A stretch of 61,432 nt of DNA, counting the filler, from Catajapyx aquilonaris (Eukaryota): NCBI GenBank assembly GCA_000934665.2. It is 3 parts of 3 records of this genome, joined end to end, with 100 filler letters (N's around TTAATTAATTAA, not from the genome) between each part and the next. Parts side by side here need not be neighbours in the genome. Positions count along the whole stretch, not along the records: positions 20,507 to 40,924 come from JYFJ02006260.1; positions 41,025 to 61,432 come from JYFJ02006261.1; 1 more part is not named here. One strand, given 5' to 3'. Below, in pieces: positions 37,215 through 51,135 of the stretch. The position numbers were made by a program, and so were the translations under genes. The notes beneath the pieces were generated by a model. It had not been told where the DNA came from. It saw only the letters and a program-made list of their open reading frames with translations, and did no database searches. Each line of letters starts with the position of its first letter. The stretch's first letter is position 1.

Positions 37215-39767
37215 GGCAAAAGGTTTAGATTAACTATCTGCATGTATTCTTTGCGTGTAGACTACTTATAACACTTTTGTTTTCCTTATCGAAAGAATTT
37301 CTTTGCGACAATATTTTTGTCGGCATACCAGTGAGGTTACACTACCAGGTATGACGCCTGCATCGCATTTTTGCCCTATAGCAGGACAGTGACAACAACT
37401 CGTAAAATAAAAATAGGCTATCTGATTATCGTAGGTTCATTGTTACATTGTTTCTCCGGCAAGGGTGTATGACATGTCACAGTGTTACATACTTTAAATA
37501 ACTTCGATATCTTTTGCGTCTAGGGCTTGGCGCAAAAATTCATTTCTGCCCTTCATTTCAACAATTTGCCAAACTACAATAGATTAATGTCATTTTCCTA
37601 ACTAGTCCCAACTAGTGTTGTAAAAAAGTCGGAAATTTATGCACACTATGAAGTTCTTATTATATCCCACTGTTCAGAAATGTCAAATTATTAATATTCA
37701 TACCAGAAAATATTAAATTGAAGAAAACGAACCACATCACTTCATTTGATTCCGGCTTTTTTGTGGAGAATTCCCGAAGGACTATCCAGGATCACTACAG
37801 TAACAGTGTTTTCAGTGGGAGAATTTTGTAAATGTCTAGGACAGATTCCATATTGCAGTGATTTGGTAGAATATTTTGAGATACCGCGTTGATATTTTTC
37901 ACTGGTTAAAATGCCTACCCTAAGTGTTTTGTGAAACCGAATGCACTTGGATGATGCTATGTCAATATCGAAAATAGTGTACCCTATATTGATATTTCAT
38001 CTTTTTTGCTCTCCCTTAGTACCAGTGTTTTCATGCCAAGTCATATTGTGACTTTCATCACCCAAAAACGGTTGGCTATTTCAACTGGTTTGCTAGCTTT
38101 AGTCGTCAAAAACATTACATTCATCCAGTTTATTGGCATTTACCAGGTATTTGCTTTAAAGGAAAATGCTGAAAAAATGCAGTAAATGCAAGATAATTAC
38201 AACTGGCAAAATAATTACCTAACAGACTCTTTGGAAATATCAGAAAAATTCATGCGTCGGATAATAATAATATAGTACTGTACGTACTGGTAGTCAACCT
38301 ACATATTAAACCTTATATGAAAAAGTTTTAATGGCAGAAGTCATTTAAAAAAAACCCTGCAGCACTCCTACTGCAGTGGAAGCTGATTCTAAGTAAAGAA
38401 AATTGGTGCCACAAGGAGTAGTGATAGTGATGTCCAGAATTGATGATCAGTTTTTCTATTTTTGTACAAGTTGGCATAGATTACATCGCAGAGAATGAAA
38501 TATTTTATGCGACAGATTTATTCTCATTATTTTCTATATAAAATATTTATAACGTAAATAAAATGTGCAGATTTTTCATAAATATTCCGGGTTTTCGGGG
38601 GAGAAACAGAAAGATACAAATTGCTCGGAAAACCCCGAAAAAACAGCCCCCCCCCCCCACCCCAAAAAAACTCATGTCCCAACACGAAATTTACGTTTTG
38701 ACATTTTAAATGTAGGCCAGAACACATTGTGCGTTTTGAAAACGAACTGTTTTTTATTTTTTAGTTTTCAAAACAGCTCTTACTTATTGACTTGCAGAAG
38801 GCCACAAANAAAAAAAAAAAAAAAAAAAAAACATTTCGGGCGATATTAGCGATAACTGGTGATAACTAATGAAAATATTCTGATACGGTCTTGGAACATG
38901 ACTAGATCAAACATGGCGGATTCTTTTGCAAGCATTTTAGAGAGTCACAGACACGGTCACATACCATAAAGATTTAACATAACTGCATCAATTTTTGAGA
39001 TTATAAAATTTTTGACATTTCGTCTCATCAGTATAGCGCTCGTACTTAATGCTTAAAATTCGGTGATTTGCTGTTTAGCGACAGCAGGGAACGTCCTGGG
39101 ACAATATTAAGCGTTATTTAGTTGGAGCAGTTGCTACAATGATTACTTGATAAACACGAAAACCACCGCATTGATATTCTGTCAAAGTCAAGATTACATC
39201 ATTCTACTGCTACAAAACTAGCATGCATCACACATCTGAGCAACTTTCTGTCTCGTACAAGTTACGCTAACATAAAAGCGGTAACAAACTTGGAGCGATT
39301 TACAAATCACTGCGATAAATAAACGCGATGTGAGTCGTTATGTGACGTCACTCCTTGGCGACGTGTGAAGCTCTGCAAGGAACTTTTCAGGTTAGATGAT
39401 TTTGTGGTAGTTTTCCAAGTAGTTTTCCGTGGTTTCCCCGCATCTTTGACTGCTCATATATCTTCCCCATCCACGAATACTGAGCCGAAGACTCTTGCAG
39501 GTGAGACAAGGGCAAGTCGCAAGCTTGTAGAGTCGCACGTCCCCATCGTCCCAAGGAGCATACAAGGATGGCTACTTTAGAACAACCGTGCTACACTCTC
39601 ATCAACGTGCCGATGGATGCGGAGCCACCAAATGAGATGCAGCTCAAGATGGACCTTGGTATGCATCACTTGATTAGGCTTGTGTGAAATTACGGCATGG
39701 CCATTATGGGCGGTCAGTGCCACTTCAGTTGAATGTGAAGGTATTTGGTAGTTGGCCGTAGGGTTAA

Positions 39768-39938
39768 GGCGGCTACACACGGGCAGGTTGCATCCGCAGT
39801 TGGAGTCGGAGTTGGACTACACCCGCCAATGAGATCGAGGCGGCAGCTGTCGCGACAGCTGGCGCCTCACGCTCATTGGCCGGTGGAGTCCAACTCCGAC
39901 TCCAACTGCGGATGCAACCTGCCCGTGTGTAGCCCCCT
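39768..39938. mobile_element. PIF/Harbinger-type hairpin MITE
   Basis: TAA|GGCGGCTACACACGGGCAGGTTGCATCCGCAGTTGGAGTCGGAG... is near-perfectly inverted to ...CCCGTGTGTAGCCCCC-TTA. Confidence 0.75.
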
Positions 39939-40243
39939 TTAGGCCTGATAAAAATGACCTGTGACATCAAATGGGTTGTTCATAAAAATGCGCTTATGGC
40001 TCAAACCTACTGCATGGGACTAATTACTGAGCAAGACAACACAAGCTAGTACATTCGTGTGGGTTTGGTTTCACCCATTTCCTCCTGCAGTTCAGAAACG
40101 TCATATCGCCTCACCTATTCTACATAGTCTGTAGTTGTAAACCAAATCAGAACATGGTAGGGATGTGGCAATACACAATTTTATGTTCTGCATAAAGCTG
40201 GGTGGAAATGATGCAATGTGACTGCTGGCAATTGCACTTGAAA

Positions 40244-40818
40244 TACGAGGGCCGTACTAAAATGATTTACAAATTATATTTTTGCCACAAATACAGTGCC
40301 TGTACAGGTCGGCAGATCTGCACACATTATCGATACAATCCTAGAGCTGAATACACAGGAGTCATGGGTGTGGAACCTCTCAGTGCCCTCCAGGAACCAC
40401 TTTTTGGAGGTCTGGCACACCCACTCCCGGACAGCTGCTTACAGTCAACAAAGTCCTCAACATGGCATCAGTGAAGGGGGTTTTTCATGCCTCTGAACAG
40501 GTGAAAGTTACTGGGTGCCATGTCGGGTGAGTACAGTGGGTGTGGACGCACCCAAACCCAGATCCAGGAAAAACCCGACACCAACGCCATTTCGAGGACA
40601 TTGTTTACAGTAATGTTGTTGGCTGTGAGCAGTTGTCCGGTAGTGGGTGTGTCGCACCTTCAAAAAGTGGTTCCTTTCCTGGAGGGCCTGGAGAGGTTGA
40701 CACACCTGTGGTGGTACATCATTTGGCTCCAGGAGGACTATCTATAATGTGTCACTATCTGCCAACCTGTATGAGCACTGTATTTGTGGCAAAAAAATAA
40801 ATTGTAAATCATTTTAGG
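40244..40818. mobile_element. mariner-like MITE with long inverted arms
   Basis: TACGAGGG-type start; TAAAATGATTTACAAATT..TTTGCCACAAATACAGTGC is inverted at 40775-40816, with further internal inverted blocks. Confidence 0.65.
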
Positions 40819-40924
40819 GTAATTGTGCAGTTTAGAGGGCCATGACCTACAGCCGTTCTCGTGATACTCGCTATCAAACTAAGTGTCTAGATACCTAGGG
40901 CTGTCTCTTCCGAGGCGCGGAAGA

Positions 40925-41024
40925 NNNNNNNNNNNNNNNNNNNNNNNNNNNNNNNNNNNNNNNNNNNNTTAATTAATTAANNNNNNNNNNNNNNNNNNNN
41001 NNNNNNNNNNNNNNNNNNNNNNNN
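40925..41024. other. Assembly gap (N run with TTAATTAATTAA spacer)
   Basis: Seen directly. Confidence 0.95.
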
Positions 41025-42239
41025 TAATCTTAATGGAAACTTTTTATCACATCCTGTGTATAACCCCACCACTCCATTTTTTGGGGGTGTCCCAATATTT
41101 TCAGATCAGGGCAAGTAATTTGACATTTAATTCCTTCATTCCGAATCTACGTATGTCGCATATCATCTGTATAAGTAGGCCTACTGCTGTACTATACTTA
41201 TTTAGGAGAGCATTTGAATCACAACACACCATCTTACACCGTGGTACCACATCATTCCTGCATCCCATTCGAAGGAACTCGCACATTTTCGAAACCCCTT
41301 ATGCACTAGATTGTCCTCAAAATGCCGAGTCAGTTAAGTAGTTCCCAATGGTGAGCAGCATTCTTGTCGATTGTGGGTAAGCGTAGGGATGAGTGGGAGA
41401 AAAATGGCATTGTCCAGTTTGATGTGCTCTTGGAGCAGACATCGCGTTTTGTGTGGCGATTGCGAGCAGGCAATTTGCCGCCGGGCGATATTTCACCTTC
41501 GCTGATTGTTCCTCAGGCCATTTCGTGCTGCTGGGTAGGCTAAAAGTCGCAGCCTACTCAAATTATATGTTAACATTTGAATTAGCATACTTTTCTTAGC
41601 TTGCATCTTTGTTACTAGAATCTGTTCACGGTGCATTTCTTTTTTTATATTTCGTATGCCCCTCCAGCAATGTGACCTTGGATTTAAAGCCGAGAGGTAC
41701 TTGCCCTGATGCAAAATAGACAGCTATGTTGAGGTCAGTTTGACCAATGCAATGGTGAGTAATGGCTCGCGTGAGTTGAAACTTACGAGGCGCATGCACT
41801 GCTCGTTGCTGGCCATCCGGACCCAATGAGGATTTTGGTAGGGTTGGTTATGGATGGGGGTGTTAATCCTACAAGAAAAACATATATATATTTTTTTTGT
41901 AGAGGTTTTTAGTAGAGGTTTTGGATTATTCATGTAGCATGTACCTTGGCTGGTATATTATGTATAGTACAGAGGTAGGCTATATAAAGTGCATGCAGTA
42001 CTTTTCAAGTGTTAGGGAGTAAGTTTATTAGCAATTTCTTCTTTTCATGTTTTTTAGAAGTGTAATGATGACCACAAGCGACAATTCAGTCAAACTGTAC
42101 TCACATTCGGAATATCCTTCGTTCGAAGCTCAGTGCAACAATAACAAAAAAATAAGAGGGAATATAATTTCCTTACTTGTGTTGTACTGTAACTTACCAG
42201 TAGGCGTAATTCATCGTAAATAATCAGTAAGTAATAATT

Positions 42240-42486
42240 GAGGCGCTTTGAACAAAAGTGGCCCAAGTCCAAAAATACTAAATCCCTGAAAATGGACCTG
42301 AAATGCTCCATGGCGTAGGCAACTCTCTTCGGAGCAGAAATAAGATTACGCTACTGGCCAAATGTCCAATTTAGGACTTACACCAATTTTTCACCAACTT
42401 GGAGTAGGCTAGCCTTCTGAGCGTAATGGCGGTCGTACTCGAAATGGGCAAAAATTGACTTGGGCCACTTTTGTCCTAAGCGCCTC
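42240..42486. mobile_element. Sola-like MITE
   Basis: AATT|GAGGCGCTT..ACAAAAGTGGCCCAAGTC ... GACTTGGGCCACTTTTGT..AAGCGCCTC|AATT. Confidence 0.75.
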
Positions 42487-45400
42487 AATTTATGTATTTC
42501 AGGAACGGCAATATTTTTATTACTATTCCAGTAGATTGGCTAGAACTAAGGTAAGCAAAGCAAATTATATTTCCCCGAGCTCCTCCTCCTTCTTTTTCCG
42601 GGAAGATACACTCAAAACAATAATTTTCATCAAAATTATCTATACAATGTTGATATTCAGTATAGTTTGTCCTGTCCCCATCGAGTCTGATAGAGAAGAC
42701 GTTGCACGAGAACGGTTTAGAACAGTTATTGAAGTAGTTACGCGATAAAATAATTCATATGCACTTAACCCTACCCAGATGATCTGAGTGTGCAACTCAT
42801 GAATATTATAGGATAAAAGCTTATTCAAAGCCCAATAGGTTTCACTCAAATTGTGTTAGGTAATAGTGCAGTTGCGCCATCCATAGAGCACTTAATGTAT
42901 GCAATGTTTTTTTTCCAATACTTTTTCCGTGAATTTTCTCTGAATTCTTCGGTATCTCCCAAGAGAAACAAACTTGAGTTGCGTCTCGAGAGTGAAACAG
43001 ATTCTTAACGCTCCACGTGGCCATATCCTATAGTGGCATTTCTTAAAACTAATAACTTACGTATAGTAACGCGGCGATCTGAGCAAAAATGGGACTTACA
43101 GTATACGCATGCACTCATTAGACTTAATGCGCCTAAAGCTGCATGCCTGCACGAATAGCCACTTGTGATTAATTAGGTAAGGCTTGATTTCTAATACCAT
43201 GGAGCGGAAAACGTACTTTAGACAGACTAATTTCTACATTCAAATAAACTATACAGGGACAGCCCGTTTGACTGGAACCAGATTCCCCCGAGGAAACCCA
43301 CAAAAAATTCGGCTTAATTAAGAATCGTCCGAATGGCTACCTGTAGGCCCACATTTGGAGAAGTGTGTGCCAAACATAAGACGAGTCTCATAGCAAGAGG
43401 TAGGCGTGATTTAAACTGGCGCTGAAGATATAAGAGTGAAGATATGCTTTTGAAACAAGCGGCACGCGGCGCCTCGTCGACAAATGAGAGACAGCCTTCA
43501 CAGGCTGACAAGGCGGCAATCTTGCAAGCTTGGCCATGTCCTAGCATCCCTGGCAATTAAGCAAGGTCATTGCCGTCAGATTTTCCTCCAGGGTCAAGGT
43601 GACCATTAGGATATGGTAACAGCTCAACGGACATCAATTTCCATAGAAAATCAAGCGGAAAATAAAGGGTGAGGTGCGGCCGTTGCGTGTGGCAGCAATG
43701 ATGTCATAAAAGGAAGCGAGAAAGTCGTTAAAAGCTAGGCAAGAAAGCTGGTGAGCACCTTACCAGTTAGGATAACGGAGGCTACTGATATCACGACTGC
43801 ATGAGGAATGAGTTGGCCATTACAAGTAATGGCCCTGTCGTGGCTGGCCGTTCAGACATACGATGATACTTGTGGTGGCTGCCACGATTTATGAGAGTCA
43901 TGTATTTTTAGATTTTACCAGAGTGGACGAGTCGAATTTGTGGTCCTTTGCAGATGGCCATAACGTAGATCCCATATACCGTGTAACCACGTTTGGTCGT
44001 GATAACTTGTGAGCATTAAGAGCTTCTACTATCTTGGACGTATGGGTATACTAATTGATCCTAAATAAACAGTTCCCCGCTAATGCAGTGGCTGATTATA
44101 TGACACAACTCAAGCCTATACTACAACCTGTTGCATGAGTCCAGCAGCAGGAAACATAATTATGGCTCTGTTGCCTCATTATCTAAAAGGGTTTGTGGTA
44201 GGCACATGCTCAGGGACAGCTTAGTACAGGTAGTGGGCGAGCTGGGCCAAAGGTGCTATTTACCCAAAGACTTGATTAACTCTGGAGCTGGGCCACGCCT
44301 AAGGGGCAATTTTTCAACGAATATATTTTTTTAGTAAAGTAGAAACTAAATATGAAACTGATTTATGCTGATTGTGGATCAGACCCAGCAGTGTGCGGAG
44401 ATATCCTGCTGATGATATCTGCAACAGGTTGTTGCCAAGTCAAAGAATGGGGTGGGAAGGGTGGGGGGGGGGGGATTTCGGAGTATGCGGTATACCCCAC
44501 AGCATTCAACCAGTACCATACTGTAAGCAATGTCAAGCACCGCACCAGGTCCATCTTGTAAGACCGTGCTCGACTCTGCAACTACCGGTATTACATATCC
44601 TCCTGAGACCTGATGTCCAATATATTGGACATCGGGTCTCAGGAGGATATACGTAAACGCTAGCTATTTTGGTCTACTTTGATATTTGAATACGTAGTTA
44701 CCCTAGCACGTATTGTATAGTCTACCAGCAGTTCCGGTAACCGTTGTATATAGGACCGGATAGTTGTTACAATCTAACTTAAACCCACGCTTGAAGCAAG
44801 TTACAGCCGCATAATGAGTCATTTTCTCCATACAGTATGTAGATGTAGTTTCCCACCACTTCTAAATCAATGCTCATAACTCTTGACTAACAAGAGTACT
44901 TGACAGTTGAAAAGCGCTCACAAAATTCTCGATTTTCCGCCTGATGCTTGAAGTACTGTACAGTACATGCGTATCCTGTTGATTATAATACCGGTCGTGC
45001 ATTTCTGCTGGTTTTGTCACACAGAGGGAGTATTATCTGCTGTGATACAACATTAGTGAAATTGCTGAATCATGCTTTTAGTTTGTTCCAATGGTGTTAT
45101 TGACCTTGACGAATGCATTGGGATTATTATCCGCAATTATTTTCTGGGCTGGTGGCTGATGTTCTAATTACTCGCAATTTCTTAATCAGAAGTCTTACAA
45201 TTTGGAATGTACGGTACTAAATGCTTTCGAATTACTAAATTCTGCAGAGGCATGTATCTTCTTAAATTGAAGAAACTTTGTGCATATACCTGCAAAAAAT
45301 TTGGTTTAATGAATGATTTTAAAAAGGGCTTTCTGCCGGAGTAAACAACGCTGTTCTATGAATTTAACAACTGGTCATTAAAGGGAGCACGAGTTTGCCC

Positions 45401-45722
45401 TATTCAAAAAGGATCACTAAGAGAAGATGACGGAGACGGGATTTGAACCCCGAACCAACCACTTGGATGGTCAGCGGCATAACCACTAGATCACTGTGTT
45501 CTCCCTGTAGACTACATTTTTTTCCCCCATGCCATCGTTTCAAATAGATTTACAATCGCGTCAAACTACTATTAAACTGCAGATGCAGAAAACAACTCGA
45601 ATTATGAATGACCTGTACTCACATAAGCGCACAATGCGGGCCGTAGAAACACAAGACGCAATAGTTAACTGCACGTTGCACCCTTATTTATTTGGTATCC
45701 CATAATATATTAATAAAGTCGA

Positions 45723-46045
45723 GGGGAGGCGGAGTGGTGCTGCGGTAACGTACGCGCCCACGGATGTTAAGGTCCCGGGTTCGATCCCAACCCAGGGACA
45801 CCCCCTTCATCTCGTGCAGAGTTCATGAGTCGTCTCTGACTACGTCTCGGGTGGAATTTCCTTAGACTAATCCACCCGGGGGAGCTCACAAAACGACCAC
45901 ATTTCAGACAAGGCACTGCACTTGCACATCCCCTCCTGTCATCCTGCCCGTGAGCCCGAGCGCTTCAATAATAGGATTCCCAAAGTTGTACCAACGTTAA
46001 AATAAAGGTCTGGCAGAAAACCCCTAGGGGTACGCCTATCACCCG

Positions 46046-46090
<45 letters not shown>
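45723..46090 (+). mobile_element. tRNA-derived SINE, family 2
   Basis: Head GGGGAGGCGGAGTGGTGCTGCGGTAAC...GGTTCGATCCC with a (TTA)n tail; homologous to 58490-58829. Confidence 0.85.
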
Positions 46091-46092
<2 letters not shown>

Positions 46093-49000
46093 AGTCAAAA
46101 TAGGGAACTGCAAGTGTATATTACAAAATAAAAACTGCTTTTATTATTTCTGCAACATCATTTGTGTTTCGCCATCGTATACTATGGTTTTCATAAAGCC
46201 TTGCCTGATACAAACATTCCAATACCATCAGTAAATCCAATCGATCCATCCCGGTGAATACAGTCGCGCCCGCAACCACCATTAAGACTGCCCCCCTCGC
46301 CTAATAAGCCCAGTTTGTAGGCATAGGTTTCTTAAGGAGACACTCGCTGTGAGAGATGAATAATTCGCATGGTACTGTTGTAGGGAAAGAGGAGGAGGAA
46401 CAGGGAGAGAGGAGCATTGGAGAGGAGGGACATTAATTCCCGAGGATCCCGGTGTTTTGAGCTGGCTTGGGGCGAACCTCCAGCACAATCACCTCAGTCT
46501 TACACTTCGCGTCTCCACGGCTTTTCATTATGTATGTCCTCAGGCCACAGACGCCTCAGTCACTCGTGCTGATGGACCCTCTACACTCCCCCATCCTCCC
46601 CACTACCACTATCCCGAATCCTGGAAACCTAAGTTCGAATGGAAGGGGGATGGAGGAGAAGGGAGAAGCTTCAGGGACTTTGAAATCACACGTCGGCTGT
46701 TCCACACCACCCCCAAAGTTATAACTTGTACGGGGGAAAGTCATAGTCGGCGGCTTGTGCCAAGAGCTCTTTTCCTGTAAAGAGGAAATATGCAGATTGG
46801 ATTGCTGAGTTAGAATGCAAATGTACGCTTAATCTTTATAAACTAGACTGGGAAATCGGTATTTGTCAAACTTTTCATAAAATATTAGGAGGAGAAGAAA
46901 TGAAGGCATAGGGTGGGGAAGACGAAGGGGAAGATACCGATTGCGTTTGACTTGGGCTCATTGGGACTGGTGCCGACTCTTCGTTGGGGTAATTTGGAAA
47001 AAGTTTTGGGTCGGTCCGGATTTCGTAATGATCTGCCCGAGGTTCGGCCAAATACTTGCTGGCTTCAAATCCTGTCTTGAGAAGAATTGGCACTGGTTAT
47101 TATTAGCCGAACTGTCAGATGATAAACCGGAATTAACTGCCTATTGCAAAAATTATGAACTACTTTATATCTATACTTTTTTGACAGCTATAGCAGCTTT
47201 CACCTTGTAATTTCTTCTCTCTCTCTCTATGGCAGATTCCGAGTGGAATTAGGTTTTTATAGATGTACAATGTACTTTTTCTGCCAAAAAAAGTTTCGAC
47301 CAAACTTGTCCTAGAGCACCCTACAAAAGTCATTACGTTTATGTTTTCAGGAGAGCCATCGTTGCTGAAGTTCGTAAGAGAACGCTCAATTGCTTTCATG
47401 ATAGGGGCAGGAATTTATCAATGCATATACTGCTTAACGGATTCTGTTTCCTTTCCGGTAATTGCGGGGTAAACAGACAGTTAATCATGATGATATATGG
47501 CAGCCAAAACTTTGCAGACAATGAAATAGTCTCTGAGCGTCCGATCCGAGTGCAAAAACGTTACTCGAGCAGTTCCTTCAACTTTGCAAAATGACAGTGT
47601 GATAATGGCAAGGGATTAAGCACAGCATGATTCCTGAACACCTAGCGAACATTTCGGAGGAGTTGCGTCCTTTATTTTAATCCATGCCTGTTGATCTGTG
47701 TTGGTGGCGCCAGGTACTGCCTGATGACACAACTTCACTACTCCACACCTGTATTGTGCGTACAGTGCGAATTAAGTGTTGCTAATTACTACTTTACACC
47801 CAGCCTTCGTACATTTGTGTATAGGCTCACATTATTTTGTACTGTCTTTCACCCCACGAAAGTCACTTCTAGCAGATCATTTCCCCAACATGACATGCCC
47901 CATCCCACTTTGACACCGGCTCAACACTGTCATCCCAATTTGAAGAAAAACATCCTCCGCCTCATTCTGCACCTAAGCCTTTCATACCTTATAATTCTAC
48001 ACCACGCTAAGCTTTTCATTACTGGCCAAGCACCCTATGGCGCAACATCCAATAAGGGGCTTTTCACCAAACTTTATCCCACCGGACAGTGACAACCCCC
48101 CCCCCCCCCNCCCCCCCCCCCCCCCCCCATCCTAGACCAAAAAAAAAAAGGTAAATCCGGTCCGAGTTTGGGGGTGGGCCACGTGGCGGCGGTGTCGACG
48201 AGGCTGGAATAGGTTCCGGATAGTCGTCGTCAGAGTTTTGGGAGGCTGCGTCAAAGGAAGGTAGGGGGTCGATCATGCCACGTTAGAGATGCTGCACGTG
48301 GGGACGATCACGTTGGAGGTGATGTAGTACATGTGACTTCTCCAAGGAAGATGAGCTCTAGTCTCATTTCTGCTGTCTTCATCTTCGCGTTTCTTGCTAT
48401 TTCTGGTAAGCCATTTCCAGATTTCCTTGTTTCTGAAGCATGCGGCTCAATGGCATGTGTTTTTGGCCTTATGTGGTGAGAGCGCATATTTTGAAGATTT
48501 TGGCGCCACTTTTGTTATAAATTTTGTTTGGTTCAATATTTACATATCTCGGATTATGACTCGTGGGTGTGATACCGTAGGCGTACAAGTGAAACATACG
48601 AAGTCCAAAAATCCACATTCGAGATAAATCAAAGGCACTTGTTTAGCCTACAGGCTAGTGATGAAGGCAGAAAATCCTGACTTGCTGGCTTATTATGGCT
48701 CTTTAAGACTAAATGAACTTCACCAAGCTATAAAGCAGAAAATGCTGCTTAGTAGTGTAAATAACTCAAATTGGACCTAGTGTGTTTCACTTGTATGTCC
48801 ACGATTTAATGTATTGTATGGCTGTGTCAGCATGTTAAAACTTAGGCTATTTTACAGTCACTTTTTGGCTTTAAGTGGGTGCAGCTGCAAGTATGGGAAG
48901 GATGGCCCAGTTTTAAAGTTTCAGTATGCTGTATTTGTTCCGGCATAGCGCTAGTGGCGTCACATGGTCAGTGGGATTTTTTTGGTTTCATTATGCAGAT

Positions 49001-51135
49001 TGCACACTTGGGTGCAAGCTTAACATTCCATCCAATGTCATGAATGAAATGTGAAAATCATAATAATAAGAGCATTAGCTACTCAAATGACTTTCTGTCA
49101 ATCCTGCTACTTTGGCCACGAACAGTACGTGCAAATGTCACAATAACTCCACTGACGTCCTTCGCTGTGCTTCCTTTTTGCAACAGTGAATATGCAATTT
49201 CCGGATCGATTTAACACCATTCCAATACATGCGTGAAAATTTAATAGCGAAAACTTTTCATAATTAACGAGTATAGTCGGGAAATATAAGTTTGCCAACC
49301 GCCAGTGGCTGGCCTACTTGCAGCCCACTACGTTACTTATAATGCAATTTTTCGGCAGTTGTGGTCTATTCCGAAATTTTGGCCCTTAAAATGGGGTTGT
49401 CCTACTTCCGCGTTGCTGTGTGACAACTATTTATGGGATCGAAGTGTGGCTTAGACGGGGTACTACTACGCCTAGTTATTTCAGGACTGCATTTCCGGAA
49501 TGAGGTTGAGCCGTGTTAGTAGGGTCACATACTTGCTAGGATATTGCCTCGTAAGCTTCACGCCTCTGCCATTGGCCGCTTTCCATGTGCTTGTACAGAA
49601 ATAACAATACGCTGGTAGAGTACACGACCACTTGAAGGATTAATTTATTCGATTTACTTACCCCTTTTACACAACATGCCAGCTTATGTACAGTACTTCA
49701 TGTGCTGCAAAAAAAATTATTTATTCTACAAGATATGTACCTAGGGTTTGGGTGGTCAATAACTCCAGGACTTTCTTCGGGTATGGGATTTCTGGGCCTA
49801 CTTTAAGACCAGGGTACTATGCATTCTCTGCATTATACTTTTGTCTGGCTTGCATTATTAGTATGTGTGGCGGCAATTAAGTTTTGAATATGTTAGCAGT
49901 GGAGGTAACTTTTAGGGTAGGTCCGTGGGTGTTGTAATTTGTAGGATTTCCCACACTAAATGATAACAAAAGAAAGCTAATTACCACCGTACGCTGCAAT
50001 TAGTAAACATTCCAATCAAAAACCACCAAAAGAATTGGTTTTAATATTAGGATAGGCCAAGAAATCGCCTTGCATGAAGCCATTTTGGCAGTTCAGTACA
50101 GACTACACTCTATGGTAAAGATAGGCCTACATTTTATAACATTTTGGGAATAACGTTTATGTATTTTCTGCGTTATACCTGGTATCAGCTGGTATTGAAA
50201 TGGCACCTCCAGAATTTCATATGAAGTCAACCTTAACTCTTCATGTTGCTGAGTGCATACGGTGCAGTGTTCAAGTATATGATAGCAGTGTGATAATACT
50301 ATTGACGTATTCCCCATCCAAGAGAAAGGATAATTATATCCGCTTATGACTCACTTTTCGGCTTAAGCGATAGCTTGAAAACCTTTTGACAAAATGGGCT
50401 CGCTTAAACGCGTCATACCAGCAAGCTAATAATCATATTATTAAGGATTGAAAAATTTGAATCTAAGCAGGAATTGAAATTACGCGTATTAGTCTACATG
50501 CACAGTAAGGAGGTAATTCAACTTTTACTTTATTGGGCTGTGCCAGTAGTGAATCGAATTTTCCACTGCTGGATTAGAACGCCCATAAAACTGCAGGCCT
50601 ACTAATATACTGACAATAATGCAAACGTTATAGATCTTTTGATGAATTGAGAAATGCGATGAACTTACGAGGTATTCAAATATTGTTTGATCAAGCTGCC
50701 AAAAAAGTGCATCCATGTCATCACATGCGACACATATACGTATTTTTGGGTAGCCCCTGATGCAATCTACACCAGCAGTATTTTCCAGTGACTACGGCAC
50801 TTGGACCGTAATTCCTGCCAGACAAGTAAAAATGCAGCCATCCACGCACAACATTTATTTGCCACACTGATGCCCTCACACACATATACACACAAGTCCC
50901 ACAGCTTCGGCTCGTCAATCCTCCCCTGCTCGTTATCACATTGCACTTGAAACAACTGTCTCCCTTATGGTGCGATGATCTAATCTGTCGGATGAATCCG
51001 GCGGTCTTAAAACGACGCCATTATGCGAGCATACCACCTCGTTCCACTAAACCACATGTCGATGGAACTGATGATGGAGGAGAGCCCGGCGCGCTATAAA
51101 CGCCTCCCAGGAGCCATATTACTAGCAGGGAGGGC

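Noticed and set aside
20407..41024. TTAATTAATTAA motif inside both N runs
   Set aside because: Identical spacer in both gaps; a scaffolding artefact rather than biology.
44378..44520. Minus-strand frame MVLVECCGVYR...DLATTCCRYHQQDISAHCWV, resembling an insulin A chain
   Set aside because: Lacks the third A-chain Cys, a basic cleavage site and any B-chain exon; it crosses a G homopolymer and abuts a small hairpin (44595-44650). Most likely chance.
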